DNA of 64,000 nucleotides, taken from contig OX597826.1 in NCBI GenBank assembly GCA_951406725.2, positions 20,708,001 through 20,772,000 on the forward strand, read 5' to 3'. The stretch's first letter is position 1. Each line of letters begins with the position of its first letter. Both the position numbers and the translations under genes were made by a program. Below, one piece after another: positions 14,971 to 28,640 of this stretch. The notes beneath the pieces are model-generated. The model was given only the letters and a program-made list of their open reading frames with translations, ran no database searches and was not told the origin of the DNA. The DNA is from Octopus vulgaris (lineage: Eukaryota).

Positions 14971-17171
14971 CCCTGACAAGGTTGTAACTTTTGAATTCCA
15001 TGTACAAACCACCTGACGGGCTTCAGTACAATTTCAGCCCTCTTAGTGTCATTCACAACGTATGGGCTGATCCAAGGAAAGGGAAAAGGACATCTAGTCA
15101 AGATGTATCGCGCAGTGGCATTGAACCCGGGATTGGGGTTGCGAAGCAAAATTCTAAACTATTCCATCCTATTGTATCTACAATCACACCAACTAATTAA
15201 CTAATTAAAAGACAAAACATGATTTGTTTTCTCGGTTACAGCCAGCAAACCGAACAACCAGCAGTAATCTTGATGATTACTCACTTTCTAAGAATGGTAA
15301 CTCTTTTGTAAAAGATGACATAGAACTGGTCATGGAACTTCTGATGCGGTGTATTGTCTTCTCCATTCTTGGGAGAGGAAATGCGAGTGTCAACCTGGGG
15401 CAGGGTTTGAAATGACAGCATAGATTTACCAAAATACGATGAAGAATTTATAAACGACTCCTTTTGTTAGTTTTAAAGGAACCTAAGAAAATTCCTATTT
15501 TTGAGACAAATATTAAATTCTATCAGTGCCCCATCCTCTATTTCATTTTTTTTTACTTGTAACATCAGATTGACGACCGGCCTCTGGTGGTTTCCATCAG
15601 AAATACTATTTTCTGGTTATAGAATTAAGTGGAGAGTTTACAAAGATAGTTCCTCCTGTCTTCGTTTGGGTGTTTTTTTACACGACAACATATTGAGAGA
15701 GAGAGAGGGAAGAAAAGAGAACCGACGCCAAGATTTGGCTGGCTGTTTATTTATCGACCCCCAAGACAATAAAAGGCAAATTTGGCCTCGACGGGTTCTG
15801 ATCTCAGATTGCAGAGTTTTGTCTCCAAACTACAAAATATTAATTGGGGAGCCACAATTTTTATAAGGAGTGTGTGGGTTGGTGGGGGTAGTCAAGAAAA
15901 GAGGTCCTCCTCAATATATGACAGGTATTTTCTATTTATAGACCACCATCCCATACTGCAGAATCACGGCAGAAATCGAACACAGAGCCGAAAGGAGACT
16001 TAAACACATCTCAGAAATCGTTACTTCCCACACTCTCTTCTCTTTGCCACTCCTCCTCCCCCTCCTCTTCCTCCTTTCGTTCTCCGCTCCCCGCCTTCCT
16101 CTCACCCCACCTCCTAACTGGCTAAATGTAATAAATATGGAGTTATTGGAAAACAGAAGCAATTAAGCTTTGTGTACATGACATATTGAATGAAATTAAT
16201 TTTAATAATGTTTATTTATCTTATTGTCTTCTCTTGATTTACAAAATAAAGAAATTTAAAGAATTGAAATTCAAAGACGTTTGTGAAAAAAAAATTGATT
16301 TATTCAAAATATTAAGAACGTTTTATATCAAAGAAGTCAGTCAAAATATTTACCGATTTATCTTTTATTTTTCATTTTTCTCTCGAAATCCATAAATTGT
16401 TTAATATATTTATTATATTTATTTAAAAGATATGAATTTCCTGTAAAGTAAACAAGTATAGAAATAAATAAAGAAATGTATTTTCTGAAGATTAAAAAAA
16501 AAGCATCTTAATCAAAGCCATTAATGTTTTCCCTCGGCAAATAGCAAAAATTCTAACAACAGATTAATAAATTTTGTTTTCTAATAATTAATGACAATTC
16601 TAAAGCATTTACACGGTTATTATTCTTGAAAATGTTTGAAATGTTTTTTCCAGCTGTAATAACTAAGCTGAGCGGGTTTTAAACAAATACTTTGGGTTTA
16701 TCATAACATTTTTAATATAGAGAGGAGCGTAGCATAAACTTAAAAGTATTATGCGCTGAGGAAAAGACAACTTTGACTCAATAAATGGCATTTTAATCAT
16801 TTTCGAAAAGTAAGGAATAAAACTTTGGATATGTTTTGGCCATAGGAGATCTCAGCGCTCTGTATATTCGTGGCCTTCTAGCCATGACAATCCCGTTCTT
16901 CCTTCCTGTATGTAGAGCGCCCTGGACTGTATAATCTAACGTGCTCCTTTTAAAACATGGTAGACTGTGATCAGAGGAAGATTTGGTTGTAATTTCTAGC
17001 ACTGGAGGTTCCTTCCTGGGGAAGGTAATTTAATCCAACGCACCGATTGTTTTCACTCTATCCCAATATATACACAGATTACTACATACATACACACGTA
17101 CATACATACATACATACATACATACATACATACATACATACATACACATACATACATACATACATACATAT

Positions 17172-17600
17172 ATGGTGGCTGCCCCCTCGTTATCGAGTAT
17201 GGCCATTGCACGAAGCTTAATCAATGTTGTTATCGTGCAATGCCTGTGCAAGAAGATTTTTTTTAAGTGAGGAAAGGCTGTGCACTGAGTCAATCCCACT
17301 CACTAAGCAACAGCAGCCATAATCCGAAAAGAAGAACAAGTCGACATCATCGGTAACCACTGAGCCACAGGTTTTATGTCGGAGTTATCCCAGTTACCTG
17401 AGTTACCTTCTCCTAGAAAGATGCCCTAACAAAGGCTAGTAGTCCTTCACTCCCAATGGTTTAACAGCGCGATCGGGTATTCAGTCCGATTATTTCTATG
17501 TCCCCGCGCATGATACAGCCTTAAGACATTTATTGGATGGCCGTTGACTCTCAAGAGTTCCTCCGCCCTTTGATGGGTTTTGTTTTTCATCCTGCAGGGT
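17172..17600 (-). mobile_element. Putative RTE-LINE-related non-autonomous retroelement (UTR-derived)
   Basis: On the minus strand it ends in ggccatactcgataacgagggggcagcc followed by an (ATGT)n tail, resembling RTE 3' ends. Internal ccttctcctagaaagatgccctaacaaaggctag resembles RTE 5'UTR motifs. Recognised from memory, not by search. Confidence 0.45.
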
Positions 17601-17604
17601 GTTG

Positions 17605-17700
17605 GCGTTACGATCATAAGATCGTGGCTTCGATTCCTGGACTACACGTGTCCTTGAACAAGTCACTTCATTTCATGTTGCTGCAGTCCAGTCAGCCGTG
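17605..17700 (+). mobile_element. SINE family C head fragment
   Basis: B-box-like gcttcgattcc followed by gtgtccttgaacaagtcacttcatttcatgttgctgcagtcca, matching 30020-30065. Confidence 0.7.
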
Positions 17701-18439
17701 ATTGTGTATCTATCAAGTACTAAGGCACCTCTCCCCCACCTCTCTCTCACTCAGCTGTCACATCCTCGATGTTGCTGAGTTGAAAGAGTGAGGGCCTTGA
17801 AGTAGCCTTTGACTCTTTGTGTCTACACAGCTATCTTTAACAGGAATTTGCCCAATGCTACCAGTTCATACTCGCTTGCGAGTGACGACTAAGCTTTATA
17901 TATAGGTTATGTGTGTGTGAGAGAGAGCGATAGAGACTTTGCTTACATGCGAGACAAAGGAAAAAAACAAACTTGCTCGAAGTAATGAGTAATTGAACCA
18001 TGCAAACCATGATTAGAAGGTGAACTTGCTAACCACACAACCATGCTTGGTTCTAGTAGTCACAACTCGAAGAAACATTATTATTCAATCCCAGGTGCAT
18101 TCTTTATTTCAAACAAACCAACCTCTCCCTCTCTCACTCACTCACTCACTCACTCACTCTCACTCTCTTCCTCCTCTCTCTGTGTGACATTATAATATTT
18201 TTGTCTCATAAACTAATCTTGATGGGTTTATGATTATCACAGACATTTATCATAATCTTAACGATGTCAAAATTAATATGTATTTGTAATTAATTAACCT
18301 GACTTAATTACTGTAATAATTAGTTTGATATCACGTTTAACATTTACAAATACGTTTATATTTCCTGTGTAGTCTGCTTCTCAACAATTTCACAATCTAT
18401 CACCGATTTATATTACAGTTTCAAACACGTTGTTGTTGT

Positions 18440-18635
18440 TGTTGTCGTTCGAGGCTAACCTTGATCAAAGCAGGTTTAGATTAATGGCGTTCCTGCTGTG
18501 ACCATTCCGCCTATAGTTTTTTCAGACATTGTGTATCTGCAACACCATCAAATGTCTCCTCCCTTTATGAAAGCAGTAACCGTGTAATTTGAGAAAGATT
18601 TGGTTGCTATTTTTAGCAGGCCAGCGACCATGCAG
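18440..18635. mobile_element. Old dispersed repeat family D (core gatttggctgctatttctagcag)
   Basis: Core motif recurs at about 18597(+), 20882(-), 31970(+), 33478(+), 37480(+), 41975(+), 43832(-), 50002(+), 54980(-) and 61175(+). Longer copies start next to (GTT)n runs. Confidence 0.7.
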
Positions 18636-19223
18636 GATATAAAAGAATGTGTAAATGCCTCCTGAAAGACTTGTAAACGTTACTTAACAATAATTTTAAG
18701 GCGTCAAACTAAAAGATAGATACGGCTAACCCTGGATAAGACGTCAGTCTGTCACAAGTTAACAATATCTGATTATGTGAATCAGAATAAAGTGCTCTGA
18801 TTAGAAGCACAATTAAACGCTGACTGAGGTCTAAAACTCCTGTGCTAGGTGCTATCTTCACTATTGACTGTATGGTTAAGGAGTTGGTTACGTAACGAAG
18901 TGTTTTTGGATTCGATCCCACTTCACGGCACGTTGGGCAAATATTTTTTTACCATAAAATGGAATTTGGTTAACAGAAATTGTTTGAAATCTCGTCTGAA
19001 GAATCCTTCGTGTTCTTGAGAGACTGATTGCTCGTTCTAATCCCTCCCCCTGGCTCTTGGTGTCTTTAGCAGGATCCACTCTGTTGTTATCCAGTCTAAC
19101 CCTACTACCTGGCTCTTTAGTGCCTTTACCAGGATCTTTTTGTTTTTAGTAAGCATTGGGGCTAAGTTTCTGATTTGAAAATAAATTTCTCCTTTCCCTC
19201 ACTAGTCATGGGGATCCTTAAAA

Positions 19224-20081
19224 CAGGGTATTCGGGCCAAATTTGACACTGCATAAAGAAGAAAAGAAAACAACATCTCATCCCAAAATGAAAGTATAGA
19301 AATTAAAAAAGCAACATCAACTGGATTATGGTTGGGAGATAACAGTTTATTCAAAGTAGCTGCCCTCAGCTTCCATCCTGGGTGACCTCAAGATGTCTCC
19401 AGAGCCTGGCGAATGCGTACCTCACTGTGTTCCTGAGAAGGACTTTGAACACTTCTTTGACTTTGGCCACCAGCTCGGCCTTGGTATTGCTGGCTGAGCA
19501 GTTAGGATCTTTCTCAATCCCGCTCCATACATAATAATCCATGCGATTGCAATCGCTGCGATCAGGAGGCCAGAAACTGGGGCTGTTGAAGTCGCAGAAA
19601 TTCTCTGACAGCCACTTCTGATTGTTTCCAGAAGTATGGCAAGAAGGCAAATCTTGCTGCCACGCATATGTTCTTCCAGTACCAACCTTCTCCAACCAGG
19701 GTTTGGCCACAGTCTCCAACAGCTTCATTTGATCCTCTGAATTGAGCCTAAGGCCCTGTTCAAAGACGTGGGGTGGCATGAAATCACCCTTGCTGGAGAC
19801 ACACCCAAAGACCATCACAATTTGGGGGGGGAACTTGATTTTTATGATGTCCATGTCACGTGTTACAGCCTTTATAGTGTTCAGAGAGGATTGAGCAGCG
19901 CGAATTGTCATGATACAAGTAACTCTTTGCCAATGTTCAGATCCTTCATGTCAGCTATTTTTTCCCCAACTACAATTTTAATCTTTATATCCTCCTACGT
20001 CGCTGACCGTCCGCCAATTTATCAAGCTGTTCCTGCAAAAAGAAGACACAAAAAATCATCACTTTTAACGGGAACACCCTG
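19224..20081 (-). mobile_element. Tc1/mariner superfamily DNA transposon, DD37D (maT/Bmmar1-like), internally deleted remnant
   Basis: Termini CAGGGTATTC (19224) and GAACACCCTG (20081) match 9/10 as inverted repeats, with TA at 20082-83. Transposase remnant inside. Only 858 bp. Confidence 0.85.
19366..19911 (-). pseudogene. DDD transposase catalytic domain, C-terminal fragment
   Basis: VMVFGCVSSKG...WQQD...HTS...FWPPDRSDCNRMDYYVW; 37 residues between the QQD aspartate and the MDY aspartate. HTH domain and first catalytic D are absent. Confidence 0.9.
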
Positions 20082-21612
20082 TAAGCCATTAAAATAACTG
20101 ATGGATCTTCTTTAAAATCAATAACATTTCTTTCGTTTCTTTCTCACGTTATTTTTCTATGGAAAATACATCAAATTCTTGATAATGACTTCGTTTATCT
20201 CTCTACAATGATGAAGACTTCCCCTGTTAGATGCCCCCTATCTCCTCACCCGCCGTTCCAAATGTCTTGTATATTTTAAATCCAGGTAACATGTGTGGAA
20301 AATTACTTTACTTTCAGAGATAATTGTTTGTTTTGTTGGTTTTGTTTTCATTGGCTGCGAAGGTTAACATTTGGTTGGCATCAGTTTGTCTACAAGAGAC
20401 AAGGACTGTTTGCTGGGCTTCAACAGCAACATGGAGTTGATTCAACAGATCGATTATTTGCTCTGGACTCTAAAAAAAAAGGAAAGAAAATGAGCGCCAA
20501 TTTCTATACCGAACCCCCCTTTTGTATGAACAAGGACTATTTTTAGATAACAAATATGACCTGAAGTGCTAACTTAACCCCCACTTTCTAATGACAAATA
20601 CCATAATTATAATGCCATTAATTAAATATTAAATATTGTGTCTGTATGAAAGACTTTTCTTTTTTACTGAAACTAAAAGACTAATTCTATGTTTTTATGT
20701 TGTTGTTTGTTGTTGTATTTTTTAAAAAATTAATTAATGTTGTTGACCTTTATGTAGAAATTAGTTGAAGTCATTAGTACACAGTCTGAAATCACTAATG
20801 AACATTTGTTGCAATCATTTGTTAAATCGTTTGGAAGCGTCTCCAAACTAAGCAGTGACAGAGCATCTGATGGTTCCACATGCTAGAAAAAGCAGTCGAA
20901 TCTCGTCCAAATCATATCATACCTGCTCAAATCATAGGAAGGAACATTGAGCTATATAGTCCTAGATATATGAAAACGTCTCTTTGGTCATAGTTCTACA
21001 TGGTCAGCGCTGACCTAGGGCTAAACAAGCAAACGGTCAAGATCAATAAGCGTTGTGCACTGTTTGACGTTCGGTTGTTTTCGAAATAGATCGAGGTATC
21101 TCGATATTTCATTTGGGTTAATGTTGTTTTGTTAGATTTATGAATTGTTTGGTCGTGTAATATTGTTTGATGATAAATATTTAAAAGAGTAATTAGCCAA
21201 AAGGCTGCTAATTAGCTTTATAACTAAATTCTTTCATATATAAAACTAATGATTTAGACTTACCAAAGAACCGAAAAAGAAAAAAAAACTCTTCTGGTGA
21301 ATAAGCGTTTGATATTTTCTTGGAGTTATTTACTATGAACCTAAATGTGATAATAGCCGCCATCTACAACAAGAACTCCACAGGACATTAGTTTAATATT
21401 TATTGAACACATTGCAAAGAAAGGAAATATTCACATCTAGTGATAGCAAAAAAATACAAATATTCAAGTTGCTCAGACATTCAATAAGAATTCTATTGAA
21501 ATGGAAAGCATGCAATGATTGGTTTAGAAGTTTGTGTCATTAACAGGTAAATAGATCTCCGGTAAATGAAATAACAGTTAAATCCCATAATTGTGTATAA
21601 AACTTGAAGTTT

Positions 21613-21665
<53 letters not shown>

Positions 21666-21719
21666 TCATATATGCATACATACGTATGTACACACACACG
21701 CACGTGTATATATATATAC

Positions 21720-21770
21720 AGTTTCCTGAAGATTTCTCTTGAATGAAACAGTTCTAGTCCTGTAGAAGCT
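21720..21770 (+). ncRNA. Type I hammerhead ribozyme motif (family H1, solo copy in (TA)n)
   Basis: AGUUUC-CUGAAGA-UUUCUCUUGAAU-GAAACAG-UUCUAGUC-CUGUA-GAAGCU. Stem I 6 bp (one G.U), stem III ACAG/CUGU, GUA cleavage triplet. Confidence 0.75.
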
Positions 21771-21781
21771 CCTTCTATATA

Positions 21782-21836
<55 letters not shown>

Positions 21837-24603
21837 TATGTTTTATAAGGGTAAACGTCCAGTCCTTCTCTGCAGTTCTTACAGCTTTACTGCATTCGAA
21901 ATTTACTTTCTTGCCTGCAAAATACAAACAACATTCAACGCTTCCAAAGTTTCTTTATATATATTCTTACTCCTATAGGCTAAAAGTTGCATTAATTATT
22001 GATAATTAATATATGTGTCTTATTGAACTAAACCTTATTGTTCTAACCGGCTTAAACTATCTCGTCAGATTAACTCTTCGTATAGCCCTACCCACTCATT
22101 ATAAACGTTATCCATTAATGTTTTATTTTAGAATACTTCCCACCTCCTCCTACGTAATGTATTCATTCAGTTTCACAATATACTGGCAACTCCTTAGGCT
22201 GTTCACTTTTCCTACAAGTTTCCACTAATCCTTGCAATGATCCCTTGTTCTTAATATATGCCCAATGGTCCTGAAGGTTATTGACTTGCCCCTCATCGAC
22301 TATTCACTACTCCTCCAAGTGGTACCTTTCGTGTTTCCACAAACGCTTCCTCTCGCCTTTCATCTGCCCACAAGTCCTGCAGGTGTATTTTTTGTCCTAA
22401 ATGTATTCACGCATCTTTTTAAAGACTTTTCGAAAATTAAGCTTGACTGTACTCACAACAGTTTCTCTTCACATACCTCTATGTACTCAATCTGATATTG
22501 TATTGATGTACTCATCTGTATTGATGTACTCATATATATATATATATATATACTTGTAGTAGAACATGACTTCAGCGTTAGTTTTACCCATTATTTCCTA
22601 GCTGCAAGATTGAAGAAAGTTGGTCACAGAGAAATGCTGTCATGATTTGCTGTTACATACATATTTATTGCCTCTAACTAATGCCGTAGATTACAGCTGG
22701 TATCGCATCATCTCACCCTAAAATATATCAATCTATAATCAGAGATCAAACATCATACTGATGTTTTCCACTTTTCACGTTAAAATCAAGCAATTTTTGC
22801 AGCTCTCGTGACACGAATTCGACTCATTTCACTTGACTGAACCCCTCCCTAGTCACAAACAATCAAATATAATTGATTTCTATTCAGTATCTTTAGAACT
22901 TCAAATCATTCCTTACCAGTTCTCTTGATCAATCATTTTAATGGGTTAACAATATATTGTTGCCTAAGTGGTTTAATGGCATTTTAATGGGTTCCCAAGG
23001 TTTTGTTATTTTCTCCCTCTAAATTAATCACCGATTCATTTAGTACTACTTGACATCACCTCATTCATTTAATCAACTCCTTTCATTATTGACGCCTTAA
23101 CCAATTTCATGGATCGCATTTATTTACTAAATTACAACCGTCATATTTGTTCGTCCGTTTCCTTATTAGTTTAGGGGACTAAAGCCCTTTCGTCTTCCAT
23201 AATACAGTCTTTATTTATTATTTGTTCCAGTAAACCAGTTTTGCTTCCTAAAGCCATCAAAAGCTCCACCTACCTGACATCTAAACACCTTTGTATTTAC
23301 TCACTGGCCTGTGAACCTACACCAGCATACAGTTTCCGACTCTATACAAGCTGCTTATATAAATACCCGTCTGGTCTCATTGATGTCCTTTTAGGGCGAC
23401 ATTTATACAGATTACATGATAACAATCTACCTGTCAGCTTACAAGGATTTCATCAACTTCTCTGGTGCTACACATATGGACCGGCATTGTTTAGTTTTCA
23501 ATAACTAACAATCTATAATCTCATTTCTTCCAAAATAACATCGTGTGGAACTTTTTCTATCTATCTGTCTCTAAGTCAGCAGATATTGTAAAGAAATAAC
23601 CCCTTTATTTATTTGTATTTTGGAGAAAATACAAGGGTGGGATGGGTAAGAATGGTGAAAAGGGTGGATTAAATTAATGATTAGTTACGTATGTAAATTA
23701 GTCTTGTTTAGTGATGTAAAGCAATGTAAGGCTTTGACTGTTCAGCTGTTGTGACAGAAGCTTGAGACGAACTGGTGTCCTGCCTGATGTCAGTGTGGCC
23801 GGGTCAGCGGCGTAGCAACTAGTGCAAAGGAAGAAGTCGCAACAAAACTAGGGAGCCGGGACAGCTTTGGGAATGGGTTACCATGTTAGTAGCAAAAGAT
23901 GGACACTCTAGGGTAGGAGTGAAATAGTAATTAAAAATTTGAGTATGTGGGCGAACGACAGGTGATCGACCGATATGATAAAAATAGTAGCTAAATTTCC
24001 CTCAAAATAACATCCTACTGTCTTAAGAAAACACGTTGGATAATGTGAATCTCTGTCTATTAGGTGCCTAAAAACAAAACCGATTGGATGATCAAAGCTG
24101 GAACGTCATTCCTTAAAATGACTGCTTAAATATGACCGACCTAAGACCTAAAGAACATTTATAGAGGATCTTTATGTTCCATAATATTCCTTTAAATCTG
24201 CCTGAATTTGTCTTCGGCTTTTAATTCCTGTTGGATTTGATAGGGTCGCCACCTTGACATACAGCGTATCTTGGGTAGTTTTTTAAAACCTGGTTGAATA
24301 TATCTCTGTTCTCGTACAGTTACCGCTGATTCCTCTCTGAGAAGGGGGGGGGTGACATTATATATGGGAGAACAATGCCTCAAAGAAGGCGTTTCTCTAT
24401 ATTCTGTAAGGATTAGCTACTGAGGTGTCTCATTTGGGAGTAAGTATCACCGCTACCAGGACACTTCACAAAAATCTCATCGTAATTCTGACTGCTTGTG
24501 GAAAGACAGATTTTGATTAATACTAAATACATAAACTGATGTATGGATGGATGGATGCATGTATGTGCGTGCCTATGAGTAAGGTGTGTGTATGCGATAT
24601 AAA

Positions 24604-24885
24604 CTGGCTCTCCGTCGGTTACGACGACGAGTATTCCAGTGGATCCGATCAACGGAACAGCTTGCTCGTGAAATTAACGTGCAAGCAATTGAGCACTCCA
24701 CAGACATGCGTAGCCTTAAAGTAGTTCTCAGGGAGATCCAACGTGACATAGAAAGTGTTGTTGCTAACTGAGTGGATTGAAGCAATGTAAAATAAAGCGT
24801 TTTGCTGAATGGCACAACGTGCCTCCAGGTCTGCAAGTGACAATCGTGAGCCGGACACCCTGACCACTAAACCACTTTGCGCCTT
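24604..24885 (-). mobile_element. SINE family C, near full length
   Basis: Reverse complement aligns to 29948-30266; tRNA-like head tggtttagtggtcagggtgtccggctcacgat. Confidence 0.8.
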
Positions 24886-25272
24886 CCCAGTGTGTGCAAC
24901 GTGCATAATATCGAGAAGCATGTGACTGATACCACAGACATGTGGTTCGTGTAATATCCGAATAGTCATTGTTTAATCAACATGTGGACATGACTCTACC
25001 AATGTCGTCATTGTGATACTCACATGTAGCCATTGTTGCAAACATGTGATCATTATTATGGCCATGCTGAAGCAACCCTGAATTATCTGTACGATTCTTA
25101 CATCAAGTCTGTCTGTTGGTCATTGTCAAATATTATTACAATTTGTGAGTTTATTATAATAATCGCAGTAAGTTATTAAAGTGAGTTAGAATTGCTGTGG
25201 GAAGTTATAACAGGAATTGTATAAATGAAGATTTGCGTCTGTGCGTGCGTTTATATGCACACACATTCATGA

Positions 25273-25335
<63 letters not shown>

Positions 25336-26975
25336 AATATGTGTCCATATATATGCATATATTAACATACAGAAATACGTACATGCACACACGCATACAC
25401 ACATATATATAGTGTGTATGTATGTTTGTATGCATGTATGTATACGCACATTGTCTACGCAATGATATATAATGTGTTAGCTGGGACGTAATGAAAATAA
25501 CGAGTGAGAGTAATTAAATAAAAGCCAGGGAAATAAAAGGACAGCGACAAAGACATTAGATGTGAGTGAAACGAGAAGATAAGGGAAAGGCGATGATGAT
25601 GATGGCGGCGGTGGTGGTGGTGGTGGTGGTGGGGGTGGTGGGGGTTTTGACTAAGTCAATGAAACTGTAACGTCTGCTCAGTTGCGCGCGTGTGTGTGTG
25701 TGTGTGTGGAATGGTAGCCAGGTACATTAGAGAAGTAGAAAGACACGTACGTTATATAGAGATGGTGGTTGTTAGACAGGAAACCACTTATGTAAACAAA
25801 CTCATCTTCTACTTGCTGTTGTTGTCGTTGTTCCTGGCTGTTTGATACTTTACTAATGTATTTTGTGTTATTTATACTACCTTATATATATTTATTGTTT
25901 CTTTCTTTACATGAGTGTGTGTGTGTATAAATATGTATATATGTAAATGAATACACATGTGTGTGTGTGTGTTTGGGTGTATATATATATATATATATAT
26001 ATATAACGTTTATACTCATTTATACATTCACAAACATAGATACATTTATGCACACAAACGTGCACATATATTATCAAAGATATGCACACAAATACGCACT
26101 ACCATATATTTTTATGCACATTCATATAGTTCTATGTATGTATGTATATATAGGTGTATGTATGTATGTATGTATGTATGAGGGTACATATGTGTATGTT
26201 TTATTTTGTCCACTTTGAAGTGTTTACTCCAAGAGTTTGAAACATTTAACCCCCCCCCCCCACGTACACATACATAAACACTCACACACACAACACACCT
26301 TACTGCCACAGTATCCCTTCCTCCTCCTCCTCCTCCTCCTCACCATTCCTGTCACGGACCACAAATATGGACAATTTCTCACGATTTATTATTTTAGGAA
26401 ATCTGAAATATATTTAAACCCCCTTTTCCCTACCAGCACCCACCGCTCCATCCCACGACCACCCCTTCTAAAATTATAGACAATTTCTTTAGTATGCCCA
26501 ATACAAATATTTTATTCAAATTGATTGAACTGAGAAAAAAAATCTTCCATTATTCAAATTGTCCACACAATCAGTAGACAAAAACTCCCTCTCATCGTGC
26601 TTAAATTCTAAATAAATAGAATTATGAAGGGAAATAACTCTAATAAAATCAACAATTTAAATAAAGGAAAAAAAAAACTTAGCAGATGGGAGTGAGTGAG
26701 CTGTTTTATAACGAATATGTGACAGCATGTTTCTGCCTGGTTGAACTTCTTCAGTAAAGTACATATTACAACAGTGATAAGTCATGTGACACGAATATTT
26801 AGTATCCAGGTCGTTCCTGCCGTGACATTCCACTCACGACATGGTTGATATATTCTCAACTTTTGTATTCTAAAAGCGTTCGATTATTTTAAAGCAGAAA
26901 ATATCATTTTTATTGATCCGTATCGAAAACATTGAAAGCTGTTGCTGTTATTGTTGTTGAGTTCCTGGTCGTTTA

Positions 26976-27105
26976 TGATCGTGCAGAGTGATAGTGAATA
27001 ACCACCCAACCGCGACCATCCTCCTGACTTTTATTCATCAAACCATACACACAGACAAACACGCACACACACACACACACACACTCAGACACACACACGC
27101 ACACG
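26976..27105 (+). repeat. Local direct duplication, copy 1 (copy 2 at 28641-28780)
   Basis: tgatcgtgc.gagtg.tagtgaataaccacccaacc.cgaccatcctcctgacttttattcatcaaaccatacacacagacaaacacgc, with 3 mismatches in the unique part. Confidence 0.9.
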
Positions 27106-27426
27106 CGCGCGCGCACGTGTATTTGCATGTATGGACAAAGTGTGACATCGGTGAACAAGCCGTAACTTCGAAGTCACTATCAACATTTTACTCTAAAAGT
27201 TTATTAAATATATATTCTACAAAAAAATTGAGTTATTTTTGTTTTATATGTAATTGTTTTTATTATAATTTCACATAAAAACGAATATTAATGTGTGTGT
27301 GTGTGTGTATTAAAGGTATATTCTGTTCGGAAGGCAGCAGAGTACAAAATAGAGCTCGTTCACCCTTAGAATTACCAATTAGCCGGTAGTATTACTATAT
27401 ACTTCCAAGTGCTGTTGACTCTATCT

Positions 27427-27515
<89 letters not shown>

Positions 27516-27518
<3 letters not shown>

Positions 27519-27584
27519 TGAATTTGCAAAAAAAAGCAAAAGACGAAGACGGGTGTGTAAACAACCAACAGATGTATTAGTTTA
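27516..27584 (-). mobile_element. Truncated end of a (TA)n-embedded repeat with architecture like the H2 element terminus
   Basis: Flanked by (TA)n; layout tagtt..A-rich..gacg..gtg..aaca..gtatta resembles 39763-39830. No hammerhead retained. Confidence 0.35.
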
Positions 27585-27632
27585 TATATCTATCTTATTC
27601 TCTCTATATATATATTTATATTTATGTATATA

Positions 27633-27689
<57 letters not shown>

Positions 27690-27753
27690 TTTATATATGT
27701 GTAAATATATTTATATATATATATATATATATACACATTTATATATGTGTATA

Positions 27754-27827
<74 letters not shown>

Positions 27828-27866
27828 CACATATATACATTTATTATTATTACTATTATTATTATT

Positions 27867-28422
27867 GAGTGAGAGAGCAGTGCATGCCATCAAAGTGACA
27901 CTGGAGTAAAATATACGAAGCCCAGTATACCCATCATGACTACCCGTCTGATAAGGGTACACTAGGCACATGCATCACAACCATGTGTGCGCGACATGGT
28001 GATCTCATATCAGGATAAACAGCGCATGACCTTGCAGGTGGGGCCCAGTTAGAATTTTGTTCTAGTCGAGTAGCCAATCCCGCTCAAAAGGTCCCTGAAT
28101 AAGGATTGTTTAAAGATGTTGAACAAACCACCCATGTTTCCAAAGGTGAATTTTCCAAACCTCTAAGAATCTCTCTCAACACACGGCTATGATACTCCTC
28201 CACTACTTCTGATTGTGATCAGAGATGCACATATCGTCAGCCACTAAAGGACATACTCAACTGATTAAGGTCAAACAACTGACAAGCAAATCTGTCGAAT
28301 TGAGTAGAATATTTACTGTAGCCCGTCTTTTATACCAAGACAAAACAATGTACATGATAACACTTCCAATCAGTTAAGATCAGAAGCCATGAGGGCCACT
28401 ATCTGGTACTGCATCAGGGCAT

Positions 28423-28424
<2 letters not shown>
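27867..28424 (-). mobile_element. About 560-bp unclassified non-coding interspersed element inside an (ATT)n microsatellite
   Basis: Higher-complexity block with sharp edges and (ATT)n on both sides; no ORF. Confidence 0.6.
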
Positions 28425-28453
<29 letters not shown>

Positions 28454-28464
28454 TATTATTATTA

Positions 28465-28620
28465 AGGTGGCGAGCCGGCAGAATCGTTTGCACGCCGGTC
28501 AAAATACTTAGGGACATTTCGTCACTTTTTACGCTCTGAGTTCAAATTCCGCCAAGGTCTACTTTCGGGACTAGTCCTCACCCACGAAATTTTAGGGCAG
28601 GTGCCTTTAGTAGAAATGAT
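28465..28620 (+). mobile_element. SINE family B (tRNA-derived), internally deleted
   Basis: ggtggcgagccggcagaatcgtttgcacgccgg...gagttcaaattccgcc (A/B-box-like) and 3' gtgcctttagtagaaatgatt. Confidence 0.8.
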
Positions 28621-28640
28621 TATATATATATATATATATA

